In this document: one piece after another, positions 1 through 9,331 of the stretch
Numbering within the stretch: position 1 is the stretch's first letter
Layout: each line of letters begins with the position of its first letter
Origin: Vibrio vulnificus CMCP6
Lineage (GTDB): Bacteria > Pseudomonadota > Gammaproteobacteria > Enterobacterales > Vibrionaceae
DNA length: 32,000 nt
Direction: 5' to 3'
Assembly: GCF_000039765.1 (NCBI RefSeq)
Contig: NC_004459.3
Span: forward strand, 3,016,104-3,048,103
Program-made: the position numbers and the translations under genes
The notes under the pieces: model-generated
The model's database searches: none
What the model was told of the DNA's origin: nothing
The model's input: the letters and a program-made list of their open reading frames with translations, nothing else

Positions 1-711
1 CGTATGTCTATCCAAGCTGGTGCACAAACTCTAGAAAAATCTCACGGTGGCCGTGGTTTACTTCTTGGTGGTGTACCGGGCGTTGAACCAGCAAAAGTCG
101 TTGTTATTGGCGGCGGTGTCGTTGGTGCTAACGCTGCTCGTATGGCTGTTGGCCTACGTGCTGATGTTACTATCCTTGACCGTAACGTGGATACGCTTCG
201 TAAATTAGACGAAGAATTCCAAGGCCGCGCTAAAGTCGTTTATTCTACAGAAGATGCGATCGAGAAGCACGTTCTAGAAGCCGATCTTGTCATCGGTGCG
301 GTGCTCATCCCAGGCGCAGCAGCACCAAAACTGGTCACAAAAGAACACATCGCTAAGATGAAGCCAGGTGCCGCTGTTGTTGACGTTGCAATCGACCAAG
401 GCGGTTGTTTCGAAACTTCTCACGCAACCACACACGCAGAGCCGACTTACATTGTTGACGATGTCGTACACTACTGTGTTGCTAATATGCCAGGTGCCGT
501 CGCTCGCACTTCTACTTTTGCCCTTAATAACGCGACTCTACCTTACATTGTTAAGCTTGCAAACAAAGGATATCGTGAAGCATTGTCAGCAGATAAAGGC
601 TTCCTACTTGGTCTAAATGTGATTCACGGTAAAGTGACGTGCAAAGAAGTTGCAGAAAGCTTTAACCTAGAATACGTAGATCCAGCAGAAGCCATTCGCA
701 TGTTTAGCTAA
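1..711 (+). CDS. ald: Alanine dehydrogenase, C-terminal ~236 codons (5' end outside window)
   Basis: The frame is open from base 1 to the stop at 709-711. It has the NAD Rossmann fingerprint [29 protein letters not shown] and the AlaDH-type C-terminal region ([11 protein letters not shown]). Confidence 0.9.
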   Translation, partial: RMSIQAGAQTLEKSHGGRGLLLGGVPGVEPAKVVVIGGGVVGANAARMAVGLRADVTILDRNVDTLRKLDEEFQGRAKVVYSTEDAIEKHVLEADLVIGAVLIPGAAAPKLVTKEHIAKMKPGAAVVDVAIDQGGCFETSHATTHAEPTYIVDDVVHYCVANMPGAVARTSTFALNNATLPYIVKLANKGYREALSADKGFLLGLNVIHGKVTCKEVAESFNLEYVDPAEAIRMFS

Positions 712-735
712 GCTGAAAATTCTAATGCTCTCAGT

Positions 736-765
736 AAAAAGCTCGCATAAATGCGAGCTTTTTTA
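736..765. terminator. Bidirectional Rho-independent terminator between convergent ald and the methyltransferase gene
   Basis: aaaaa-GCTCGCAT-aa-ATGCGAGC-tttttt: an 8-bp perfect stem flanked by an A-run and a T-run. Confidence 0.7.
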
Positions 766-827
766 TTACGATGCGTTCTAAGTTATAACAACAAATTCTA
801 TATGTAACACTGCCAAATAAGCATTTT

Positions 828-2030
828 TTAGGTGTTCTTTCTGTCAGATGCGTGAATAAGAATATTTCTCGGAGTAATATCTCGATCGCAAAATTCACTT
901 AGCGATACTTGATACCCTTGTTCTTGGAGATACATGGCTTTGTCATAAATAAGCCACATTTCAATTGCACGTTGAAAGATTTGCTGTACCAAGCTTAGCC
1001 TTTCCATACGCCAAAAACGTTTCGCACCTTCAGCCTCATACTGATCGAAGTTCACTTGCGGCAAGTTCCATTCTTTCAGCTCCGCAGCCCAACGACAAAA
1101 CGCTTCAAAGCCAAGTGAAAGCTGTGACTTTTTAATACTCGGTACAGGCGCATACTCTTTAAAAGCACACTCTTGTCTTAGTAGCAAATCCAAACCAAGA
1201 CGAAAATTCATCTCTAATTGTCGATGTCGCTGAACCCGGCTTCCACCAGTCACTGTCTGCTGCAATGGAATTCGCAGTTCACTTCGGCTAAGACGTATTG
1301 TCGAGAGCTTAGCCACACTCGACAATACTTGGTAAGCGTCGCTCTGAATGAGGTGATAACAACAAGGAGCAATCGTCATCGCTGCTACGCCTTTCTCGCA
1401 ACCATACTGCATCATTCGAACATGTAAATCTCCGCAGGCATGTAAGGCGACGGCATGCTGTTCGGGCTTAAAGTATTGTTTAGATTGACATTCAAGAGCG
1501 TCACCTTGAACAAAATGCATGGGCAGATTCAGTGCATCCGCTTCGGATTGACCACTTTGGCACAAGGGTAACTGATACTCAAAACTCGTCACGCGTTGCC
1601 TGGTTTGGGAAGAAAGAACTCGGCCTAAATATCCCTTACCCGAGCACCATTCCAGCCATTCGCTCCCTTGGTGACGAGTTAGGCTATAAGAGCCCATTGC
1701 TTCAATTTGCTTAAGTTTTCGTCCTGGAATTCCGACACCAAAACGCTCAGCGAGTTTAATGGTCGTTATCGAGTGTGGTGCAAGTGCAATGTTCGCCAAT
1801 ACCGTTCTGCTATCTGGAATAAACCTACCAAGATCTGCCATCAAACTAGTGGGATCGAGTTTGTATTGTGATAACTCTTGCGCTGAGAGTGAGTTTAACC
1901 ACGCACACATATCAGGATGCGTGTCGACCCAAGGAAGTTGTTCATGCAAACTTTGATGAAATGGTTCAAAACGCCAGAATCGTTGGTGCTCAGTAAGCCA
2001 TTCATCGAGCAATTGAAATTGTTTTTGCAT
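828..2030 (-). CDS. Putative SAM-dependent methyltransferase-like protein (400 aa)
   Basis: Long uninterrupted ORF with a glycine-rich motif-I-like segment (EWCSGKGYLGRVL) and a later acidic/aromatic region (HACGDLH). The ATG is preceded by GGGGGA. The function call is weak and rests on family resemblance only. Confidence 0.55.
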   Translation of the reverse strand: MQKQFQLLDEWLTEHQRFWRFEPFHQSLHEQLPWVDTHPDMCAWLNSLSAQELSQYKLDPTSLMADLGRFIPDSRTVLANIALAPHSITTIKLAERFGVGIPGRKLKQIEAMGSYSLTRHQGSEWLEWCSGKGYLGRVLSSQTRQRVTSFEYQLPLCQSGQSEADALNLPMHFVQGDALECQSKQYFKPEQHAVALHACGDLHVRMMQYGCEKGVAAMTIAPCCYHLIQSDAYQVLSSVAKLSTIRLSRSELRIPLQQTVTGGSRVQRHRQLEMNFRLGLDLLLRQECAFKEYAPVPSIKKSQLSLGFEAFCRWAAELKEWNLPQVNFDQYEAEGAKRFWRMERLSLVQQIFQRAIEMWLIYDKAMYLQEQGYQVSLSEFCDRDITPRNILIHASDRKNT

Positions 2031-2034
2031 GTAT

Positions 2035-2065
2035 CCCCCTAAAATTGCGACGCTATTTTAGGGGG
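2035..2065 (-). promoter_or_regulatory. 11-bp perfect-stem hairpin overlapping the Shine-Dalgarno of the methyltransferase gene, just downstream of cysB
   Basis: CCCCCTAAAAT (2035-2045) / ATTTTAGGGGG (2055-2065) with a 9-nt loop. On the minus strand the 3' arm ...TAGGGGG is followed by atac-ATG (start at 2030). No U-tract follows. Confidence 0.4.
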
Positions 2066-2088
2066 AAGAAGCGGTGGAGGAAAGCGCT

Positions 2089-3096
<1,008 letters not shown>

Positions 3097-3399
3097 TCAC
3101 TCATTTGAGCAGAACTTGCGCATACTAAGTTCTCAAATATAATTATTAGTTATAACGTGTAACGTTAAAAATGAACAGTGAAATTGATAGTTTTCTCTGC
3201 CATTACTTAACTGGGGAGCTCATCAACGATGGTTTTTGTAATGCATACCTCATTCTTCAATCGGATTAGCAACTTTTGATTATTAAAGCTTTAAATAACA
3301 GCAATAATCACTAAGAATATGATTAATAGGTGCATGTCATTAAAGGAATCGTGTATCCTTACTCGTTAGCCGTTAATAAATAAAGCAGACAAAACAGAT

Positions 3400-4164
3400 A
3401 TGAATATTGGTTTAATCATCGCTCTGGTCGCCGTTTTACTTGTACTTGTTATTGGTTACAACGTTATGTTGCAGTACAAAGTAAAGGCAGAAACCGCGAA
3501 AAGACAGGAGTCAGCGCGTTATGTTGCCGTTATAGATGCAACAGAGGAGTTGATCGGACATGCACATCATATCCCTTACAGCAAAGACTTATTGGTTTGT
3601 CTCAACAATCGTATTCTTGATGCGTTAGAAAATATGGCGGCACTTGATCCCAAGAGCAAGCAACTTGCTCAACGGGTCGAAGCAATGAAGCAGCAAATCG
3701 AACACCTTAAGAACAACTACCAAGGCGGTGAAAGCACAGCCTTTAAAGTTCCGAACAGTGATAAGCAAGCGATTGTAATGCTGAAACTTGTCAAACGCCT
3801 GAGAGACACCATTCGTAACGAGCACAATAAAGGTCGCTTTGATACCCAAGCTTATGTAGAAGAAAATGCTCGCTTAGAAACGATGCAGATTCGCATTAAC
3901 ATTGAAAACGTCATAAAGCGTGCTCATGATTCTATTGCTCGCGGTCAAGCAGGTACGGCCGTTCAATTGCTGCGTAAAGGGATTGACGTGCTGAGCACTA
4001 AGAATGATACCTATTCAGTGCAAGCTAAAGAGAAGCTTGAAACCATGCTTAACGAACTGGATAGAAAACGTTCAGACAAGAATGCAGAAGAGTTGCAACA
4101 AATCGAAGAAAAAGAGCGTAACAACGACATGGATGCACTCTTCGGTGATAAGAAAAAGTGGTAA
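3400..4164 (+). CDS. Hypothetical membrane-anchored coiled-coil protein (254 aa)
   Basis: One N-terminal hydrophobic helix (IGLIIALVAVLLVLVIGYNVML), followed by charged, heptad-like sequence rich in K/E/Q/R. A terminator hairpin follows. I recognise no family. Confidence 0.65.
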   Translation: MNIGLIIALVAVLLVLVIGYNVMLQYKVKAETAKRQESARYVAVIDATEELIGHAHHIPYSKDLLVCLNNRILDALENMAALDPKSKQLAQRVEAMKQQIEHLKNNYQGGESTAFKVPNSDKQAIVMLKLVKRLRDTIRNEHNKGRFDTQAYVEENARLETMQIRINIENVIKRAHDSIARGQAGTAVQLLRKGIDVLSTKNDTYSVQAKEKLETMLNELDRKRSDKNAEELQQIEEKERNNDMDALFGDKKKW

Positions 4165-4190
4165 CATTTACCACAACGATTCTCTTTACA

Positions 4191-4215
4191 AAGGTCGCAA
4201 AAGCGGCCTTTTTTC
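4191..4215 (+). terminator. Rho-independent terminator after the 254-aa gene
   Basis: AAGGTCGC-aaaa-GCGGCCTT followed by ttttt (the stem contains one G-U pair). Confidence 0.6.
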
Positions 4216-4235
4216 ATCACTAGTTAAACTGATTT

Positions 4236-5009
4236 ATGATATCTCTCGAAGCGTACCAAGATCTCCTTGACCCTATTAACCATTTTCTACAATGTGAAAC
4301 ACCTAGTGAATGGGTCGAAGAGGCCAAAAAACCAGAAAATCTTCCCACCATCCTGATAGATCATTTGCTTTGTGAGCTAAAGGCTGGGCAATCAGCTATG
4401 TATTTGATCCGTAAATATGCGGTGGATAAAGAAAGCTCGCATACCCTACTCGATTGGTTTAAGCCATACGAAAATTTTGCCTATCGTGGAATTGGCTCCA
4501 TTGAAACACTAAAAGGCAAAAGTAATATTTCTAAAGCCATTATGGCTAAGTCAGACTCACCTTATAGCCAAGAGCTCATTGATAAAATGGTCTTACTCAT
4601 TAAAGAGGAATTACACCACTTTTACCAAGTTCTGGAAATCATTTGTGCCAGAGGGATTGAATACGAAAATGTGACCGCAAGCCGTTACGCAAAAGGTCTG
4701 CTTTCACACATGAAAACACATGAGCCTGAAACACTGATCGATAAGCTTATTATCGGAGGGTATATTGAGGCAAGATCTTGTGAGAGGTTTGCAAAGCTCG
4801 CTCCTCACATGGACGATGACATTGCCAAGTTCTACGTTTCTCTGCTGCGCTCAGAAGCACGGCATTACCAAGATTACCTCACCCTCGCAGAACAGATCGC
4901 TGGCAAAGATATCAGCGAGCGAGTCGCCTATTTTGGCCAAATTGAAGCACAGCTGATTTGCTCAAAAGACGACGACTTTAAGTTTCACAGTGGCGTGCCT
5001 ACACGCTGA
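4236..5009 (+). CDS. miaE: tRNA-(ms2io6A37)-hydroxylase MiaE (ferritin-like di-iron)
   Basis: Di-iron carboxylate motifs LIKEELHHF and LLRSEARHYQDYL, plus DHLLCELKAGQSAM, YIEARSCERFA and the C-terminal FKFHSGVP. These match my memory of enterobacterial MiaE. Confidence 0.85.
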   Translation: MISLEAYQDLLDPINHFLQCETPSEWVEEAKKPENLPTILIDHLLCELKAGQSAMYLIRKYAVDKESSHTLLDWFKPYENFAYRGIGSIETLKGKSNISKAIMAKSDSPYSQELIDKMVLLIKEELHHFYQVLEIICARGIEYENVTASRYAKGLLSHMKTHEPETLIDKLIIGGYIEARSCERFAKLAPHMDDDIAKFYVSLLRSEARHYQDYLTLAEQIAGKDISERVAYFGQIEAQLICSKDDDFKFHSGVPTR

Positions 5010-5045
5010 AAAATATTGTTTATTGATTAAAATGATAAAAAGCCC

Positions 5046-5055
5046 GCTGGTTAGC
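5046..5055. repeat. Left copy of the 10-bp target-site duplication (GCTGGTTAGC) of the composite element
   Basis: It sits immediately outside the left IS terminus. It matches 17362-17371 (GCTGGTTCGC) at 9 of 10 positions. Confidence 0.75.
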
Positions 5056-6451
5056 GCAGTGTAGATCAGATAAGGATCGGTTGACCGATCCTTCTGATGA
5101 GAGACAATCGGAAACCTGTTTATAGGTTTCCGATTTTTTTATGTCTATCCAAAACTATTTTGCTGACTTTCTTGAAGAGAGTCCTGTTGATGTCGCTCAG
5201 CTCACCACCTTCTCCGAGCATATTCCTGATGAGTGGGTTGCTAAAGCGGCAACACTTTCCGATAAAGCGACAATTCGTCGACGTCGTTTACCTAGTGAGT
5301 TGGAATGGCGTTTTTCCGCAATGAGTCTATTGCAGAAGTCGCACGGCGAATGAATGTCTGTGCCGAGGGCTTAGCCGATGAGGAACTGCTAGCTAAAAGT
5401 GCTTTAACGCAAGCAAGGCAACGCCTTGGTAAAGCTGCTCCAGAATGGTTGTTTAGACAATGCAGTCACACATGGGGTCTAGAGCGTTACCCCGAGGATA
5501 CTTGGCAAGGCTTACAAGTCTTCGCTATTGATGGGGCTCTTTTTCGAACCGCTGATACATCAGAACTAAGAGAACATTTTGGGTCAGGTAATACATCCAG
5601 CGAGAGGCAGACACCTCATCCAGTACTCAGGGTGGTGACCATGATGAATGTTCGCTCACATGTCATTGTAGACGCAGCTATAAGCCCCTATCGTCGTGGT
5701 GAAATACCGCTTGCAATGCCCTTTATTGACTCTCTACCTGATAACTCATTGACTTTACTAGATAAGAGGTTTTATGGCGCAGACTTACTTCTTTCTCTCC
5801 AAAATAGTGGCTCCAACAGGCATTGGTTGTTACCAGCGAAGAAAGGGGTGAAATTCAGACTTCTGGACGATGAAGAGAGCGACGACATGTTGGTAGAAAT
5901 GAAAGTCTCTCCACAGGCTCGCAAGAAAAATGGCAAGTCAGAGCCGTTACTTATCAAGTACAAGGTAAGCACAAAACAGTGTTTACGTCTTTGCCTAGGG
6001 AAGAGTACGATACGGAATCAGTAGCCGAGCTTTACCATGAGAGATGGGAAATTGAGTTAGGGTACAGAGACATAAAAAGTTCGATGCAGCACAACGCGTT
6101 AGTGCTGAGGAGTAAGACGGTCGAGCTTGTCTATCAAGAGTTATGGGGGCTGTTGCTTGGTTATAACTTGGTAAGACGAGAAGCCAGTCAAGCGGCCGTA
6201 GCACATGGTCGAAATGGCCAATGAAATCAGTTTTAAATACGCTTGTCAGTTCATCACTAGTCAACTGAAAGTAATGAGCAAAGCGGTATCTCCAGGTAAT
6301 ACACCGAAGCGTCTAAAAAGTCTGCGCGGAGACTTATCCATCCTTTTTATAGACAAACGCCCTAAGCCAAATCGGCCTAGGGCGGTAAAAATATCAAAGA
6401 CCCGATATCCTGTTAATCGCAAGGCAGCTCCTCTTAAGTGAACTACATTGC
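5056..6451 (+). mobile_element. IS4-family insertion sequence, degenerate copy (1396 bp)
   Basis: Collinear with the intact copy at 15930-17361. Terminal sequences are GCAGTGTAGATC... and ...GAACTACATTGC. Relative to the intact copy it has two 19-bp deletions, two 1-bp insertions and about 5 substitutions. Confidence 0.9.
5141..6441 (+). pseudogene. IS4-family DDE transposase, frameshifted pseudogene
   Basis: ORF-track fragments 5141-5353, 5305-6024, 5979-6224 and 6205-6441 each match consecutive parts of the 445-aa protein from 16014-17351. The reading frame is broken at every indel. Confidence 0.9.
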
Positions 6452-6521
6452 AATCAATTGGGGGCTTCTTACTTGAGTTTTCGTCACACTCGATGACAAA
6501 CCGCCTAGGCGAGTCAGCGCA

Positions 6522-6920
6522 TTACGCCAACTTGTAGATCACCTTGTTACCTGCAAGCTGCTCTTTCTGCACTAGGTTATCTTCAAGCAATTTTTTCAGT
6601 GCACCTGTTGCCCAAGAAGCCGCTTTGGCATCTTCTTGACCCGCTGCAAGGCCGATGCTTTTCGGGTTAATGCCTTCCGCATTAGCGGCAACGATATCCA
6701 GCACTTGTTGCTGCTTAGGCGTCAGAGAAATCTCTGTGTTTACTGCAGATGAAGCAGCCACTTTGGTCGCAACGACTTTTTTCTCAGCCACTGACTTAGA
6801 GATAACGGTTTTTTCTGCAGCTGGCTTAACTGTATTTGATGCAGCAGCCAAATTCGCTACAGCTGCTTTAATGCGTTTTTGCAGTTTCATCTGCACTTTA
6901 CGCTTATGAGCAAGTCTCAT
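6522..6920 (-). CDS. Hypothetical small basic protein: K/A-rich histone-H1-like N-terminal half and a compact C-terminal domain (132 aa)
   Basis: ORF with GGAGA 8 nt upstream of the ATG at 6920. The N-terminal half is lysine/alanine/valine-rich low complexity (KRKVQMKLQKRIKAAV...AEKKVVATKVAA). The C-terminal ~65 aa looks like a small helical, possibly winged-helix, domain. This is inference only. Confidence 0.55.
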   Translation of the reverse strand: MRLAHKRKVQMKLQKRIKAAVANLAAASNTVKPAAEKTVISKSVAEKKVVATKVAASSAVNTEISLTPKQQQVLDIVAANAEGINPKSIGLAAGQEDAKAASWATGALKKLLEDNLVQKEQLAGNKVIYKLA

Positions 6921-7169
6921 TAAATGTGTCTCCAGTTCACTGCTTATCAGCAGGGATGAAAATTTGAAGCGCGTTTTATACCAAAATTTCAGCTCGATTT
7001 GTAGGCTTAAGCAGTGAACAGTGGCGAAAAATGCGTTATGAACGGAGAGAGACTATTCTTTAATCAATAAGATAATGAACTTAATTGGGTATCCAAACGT
7101 AAAACGTCGTTATCGTTCGCGTCATTCCGCTGCGTGGCGCTAACGGCTCAAAACGAGTTGAGGAACACA

Positions 7170-7838
7170 ATGCAAACTCTCCAGTTGTCAAACCGATATC
7201 AGCTTGCCAGCTCAGTCTTTGTTAAAGGACTGGTGGTGGTATTTGCGATTGTCGGCGCTTTGCTCCTGTTTCTGTCTCCAAGCTGGCCACAAGCGCTGCT
7301 CTCTGTTGGCCTGCTCATCACCGTTGCGCTGTTTGGTGTCTACCTGATACAACGCAGCACTGTCGCCTATACCCTCACGCCCACACACTTCCAGCAACAT
7401 CTCTTTCAAGGTGGTTGGGTTGTAAAATGGAAGAACATCGAAAAAATTGGCATTTGTACCTATGAATCGGAAGGGTGGCATCAGCCTTTGCCGTGGATTG
7501 GCATCAAACTGGTGCACTACTCACCCTATTTGATGGCGATCTGCCCTCGCGTTTCGACGGAAATTCTGCTCAGTCAACGTGCACTGCTTTACCTCGGTGC
7601 GCGGCAACATCAGTGCGAAAGCCAATTTGAAGAGATGGTATTGGATCCCCAGCCGTATATTGATGAGCAAGGCAAAGAGCACACGGGTTTACAGGCGATG
7701 CTGGCAAATCGCATGAAATATCAAAGGCGTTTTTTCGATTACGATATTTTTATTTCAGCGCTAGATTTGGATAGAGAAGCAGAAGAGTTTGTTGGCCTAG
7801 CAAGGCGCTACTTGGCGGCGGCGGAGCCCGATCAATAA
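7170..7838 (+). CDS. Hypothetical inner-membrane protein (222 aa from the ATG at 7170)
   Basis: GAGGA lies 5 nt upstream of the ATG at 7170, whereas the ORF-track start at 7134 is GTG with no SD. Two adjacent hydrophobic helices (VFVKGLVVVFAIVGALLLFL and ALLSVGLLITVALFGVYLI) precede a soluble C-terminal domain. Confidence 0.6.
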   Translation: MQTLQLSNRYQLASSVFVKGLVVVFAIVGALLLFLSPSWPQALLSVGLLITVALFGVYLIQRSTVAYTLTPTHFQQHLFQGGWVVKWKNIEKIGICTYESEGWHQPLPWIGIKLVHYSPYLMAICPRVSTEILLSQRALLYLGARQHQCESQFEEMVLDPQPYIDEQGKEHTGLQAMLANRMKYQRRFFDYDIFISALDLDREAEEFVGLARRYLAAAEPDQ

Positions 7839-7896
7839 AGCCAACCAAAGAAACACGACGAGTTGTCTCCTTAGCTGGCTTACACGTTACAAACCG

Positions 7897-8553
7897 TTAG
7901 TACAGTGGCATTTCGTCAGCCACGAATGGATTGGTACGACGCTCGTGCCCGAATGTCGACTCAGGGCCATGACCTGGGATAAAGGTGACGTCATTGCCCA
8001 GCGGCCATAGCTTATTCTTGATTGACGCGATCAGCGTATTGAAATCGCCTTGAGGGAAATCCGTTCGACCAATACTGCCATTAAATAGCACATCCCCGAC
8101 AAACGCACGACGCGCTTCTTCACTGTACAACACCACGTGACCAGGAGTATGCCCAGGTGTATGAAGCACTTGCAGCACTTGATTGCCAAAACACACTTCG
8201 TCACCATCATTGAGCCATTGGTTTGGTTCAAACGCCTCTGTCAACGGAAAGCCAAACATTTGACTTTGTCCTTCCAGACCTTGTAGCCAAAAGTTGTCTG
8301 CCTTATGAGGACCAACAATCTCGATACCATCAAGCATTTCAGCCAGACGCTCGGTTCCGCCAACGTGATCCAAATGACCATGGGTTAATACCAAATTGAC
8401 CACTTCCACACCCAGTTCTTTGATGATCACGGCAAGTTGCTTTTCATCACCACCAGGGTCGATGACGATACCTTTCATGGTGTCATCACACCAAACAATC
8501 GAACAGTTTTGTGCAAATGGAGTAACGGGAACAATCTGATATTTAAGTGCCAT
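7897..8553 (-). CDS. gloC: MBL-fold hydrolase, YcbL/GloC-type hydroxyacylglutathione hydrolase (218 aa)
   Basis: Metallo-beta-lactamase motif LTHGHLDHVGG, plus HTPGHTPGHV and FIPGHGP. The sequence is collinear with my memory of E. coli YcbL (IIPVT.F.QNCS.IWC...). GAGG lies 6 nt upstream of the ATG at 8553. Confidence 0.85.
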   Translation of the reverse strand: MALKYQIVPVTPFAQNCSIVWCDDTMKGIVIDPGGDEKQLAVIIKELGVEVVNLVLTHGHLDHVGGTERLAEMLDGIEIVGPHKADNFWLQGLEGQSQMFGFPLTEAFEPNQWLNDGDEVCFGNQVLQVLHTPGHTPGHVVLYSEEARRAFVGDVLFNGSIGRTDFPQGDFNTLIASIKNKLWPLGNDVTFIPGHGPESTFGHERRTNPFVADEMPLY

Positions 8554-8622
8554 AGCAACCTCGGTCAATTTCGAACTGGGCGAAACTATGACACCGGAAG
8601 CGTCGAAAAACAAGGTGAGCCA

Positions 8623-9168
8623 TCACCAAGAGCGAACCGGACCCGTGTCGATATGAACAAAATTACTGCCCGGATAGTAGCCGACCCCACCCGCTTCGAG
8701 ACTTAAAGCGGCATCACGCACTGTTGAAAGCTTCACGCCATCAAGGCGAAAGTCGATGGCCCGTCCAAGCATATGGTAGCTTTTCTTCGCCACACCAGAG
8801 GATTTAGCGCGCAGCGCGGCGTTGGTTTGTGGCGATCGGTAGCCTGAAATGATTTGGACTTCGTTTTCTGTACCAATCAGTTTTTGAATTTGAGTCAGGT
8901 GATCAAACAAACGGCGATCCATGGGGTGCACTTCGTTTTGGCGGAAATCTCGGCAAATCTTATCAATACGCGCCAACTCTTCAATCAGATAAGTCGAACC
9001 GTCGAAATAGCACGTTTCAAGTAACTCACCAGTGTGTAGATTGTTGAGCGCAAGAGTACGAGGCTGATCAGGATACGACGCCATCGCAAGTTTCGGCATG
9101 GCTGACGCCAGCAATAAACCCCCACCGGTCATACGTAAAAATTGTCGTCGAGAATATTGATCAGACAT
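8623..9168 (-). CDS. mepK: Tat-exported peptidase M15A / DUF882, YcbK (MepK)-type murein endopeptidase (181 aa)
   Basis: Twin-arginine signal SRRQFLRMTGGGLLLASAMPKLAMA. Zn-ligand-type motifs SGYRSPQTN, HMLGRAIDF and FVHID. Length matches E. coli YcbK. The ATG at 9168 is preferred over the GTG at 9183. Confidence 0.85.
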   Translation of the reverse strand: MSDQYSRRQFLRMTGGGLLLASAMPKLAMASYPDQPRTLALNNLHTGELLETCYFDGSTYLIEELARIDKICRDFRQNEVHPMDRRLFDHLTQIQKLIGTENEVQIISGYRSPQTNAALRAKSSGVAKKSYHMLGRAIDFRLDGVKLSTVRDAALSLEAGGVGYYPGSNFVHIDTGPVRSW

Positions 9169-9331
9169 GAATAAAGTCACCACTTAAAATTACTTCAGCA
9201 GCGAACCTTATCGGAAGGTATTTTTCACGTCAAATGCATAAAACGCGCCCAAATAGGGCAAACTTCGCTAAAAGAGTGATTAGTTATTGAGTAAACAATC
9301 TTTTTTTCTTATGTAAATTTTTGTTCAATTT

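Noticed and set aside
5097-6441. Five overlapping + strand ORFs (5097-5324, 5141-5353, 5305-6024, 5979-6224, 6205-6441) that could be read as separate small genes
   Set aside because: Their translations are consecutive pieces of the 445-aa transposase encoded intact at 16014-17351. The breaks coincide with the indels, so together they are one pseudogene.
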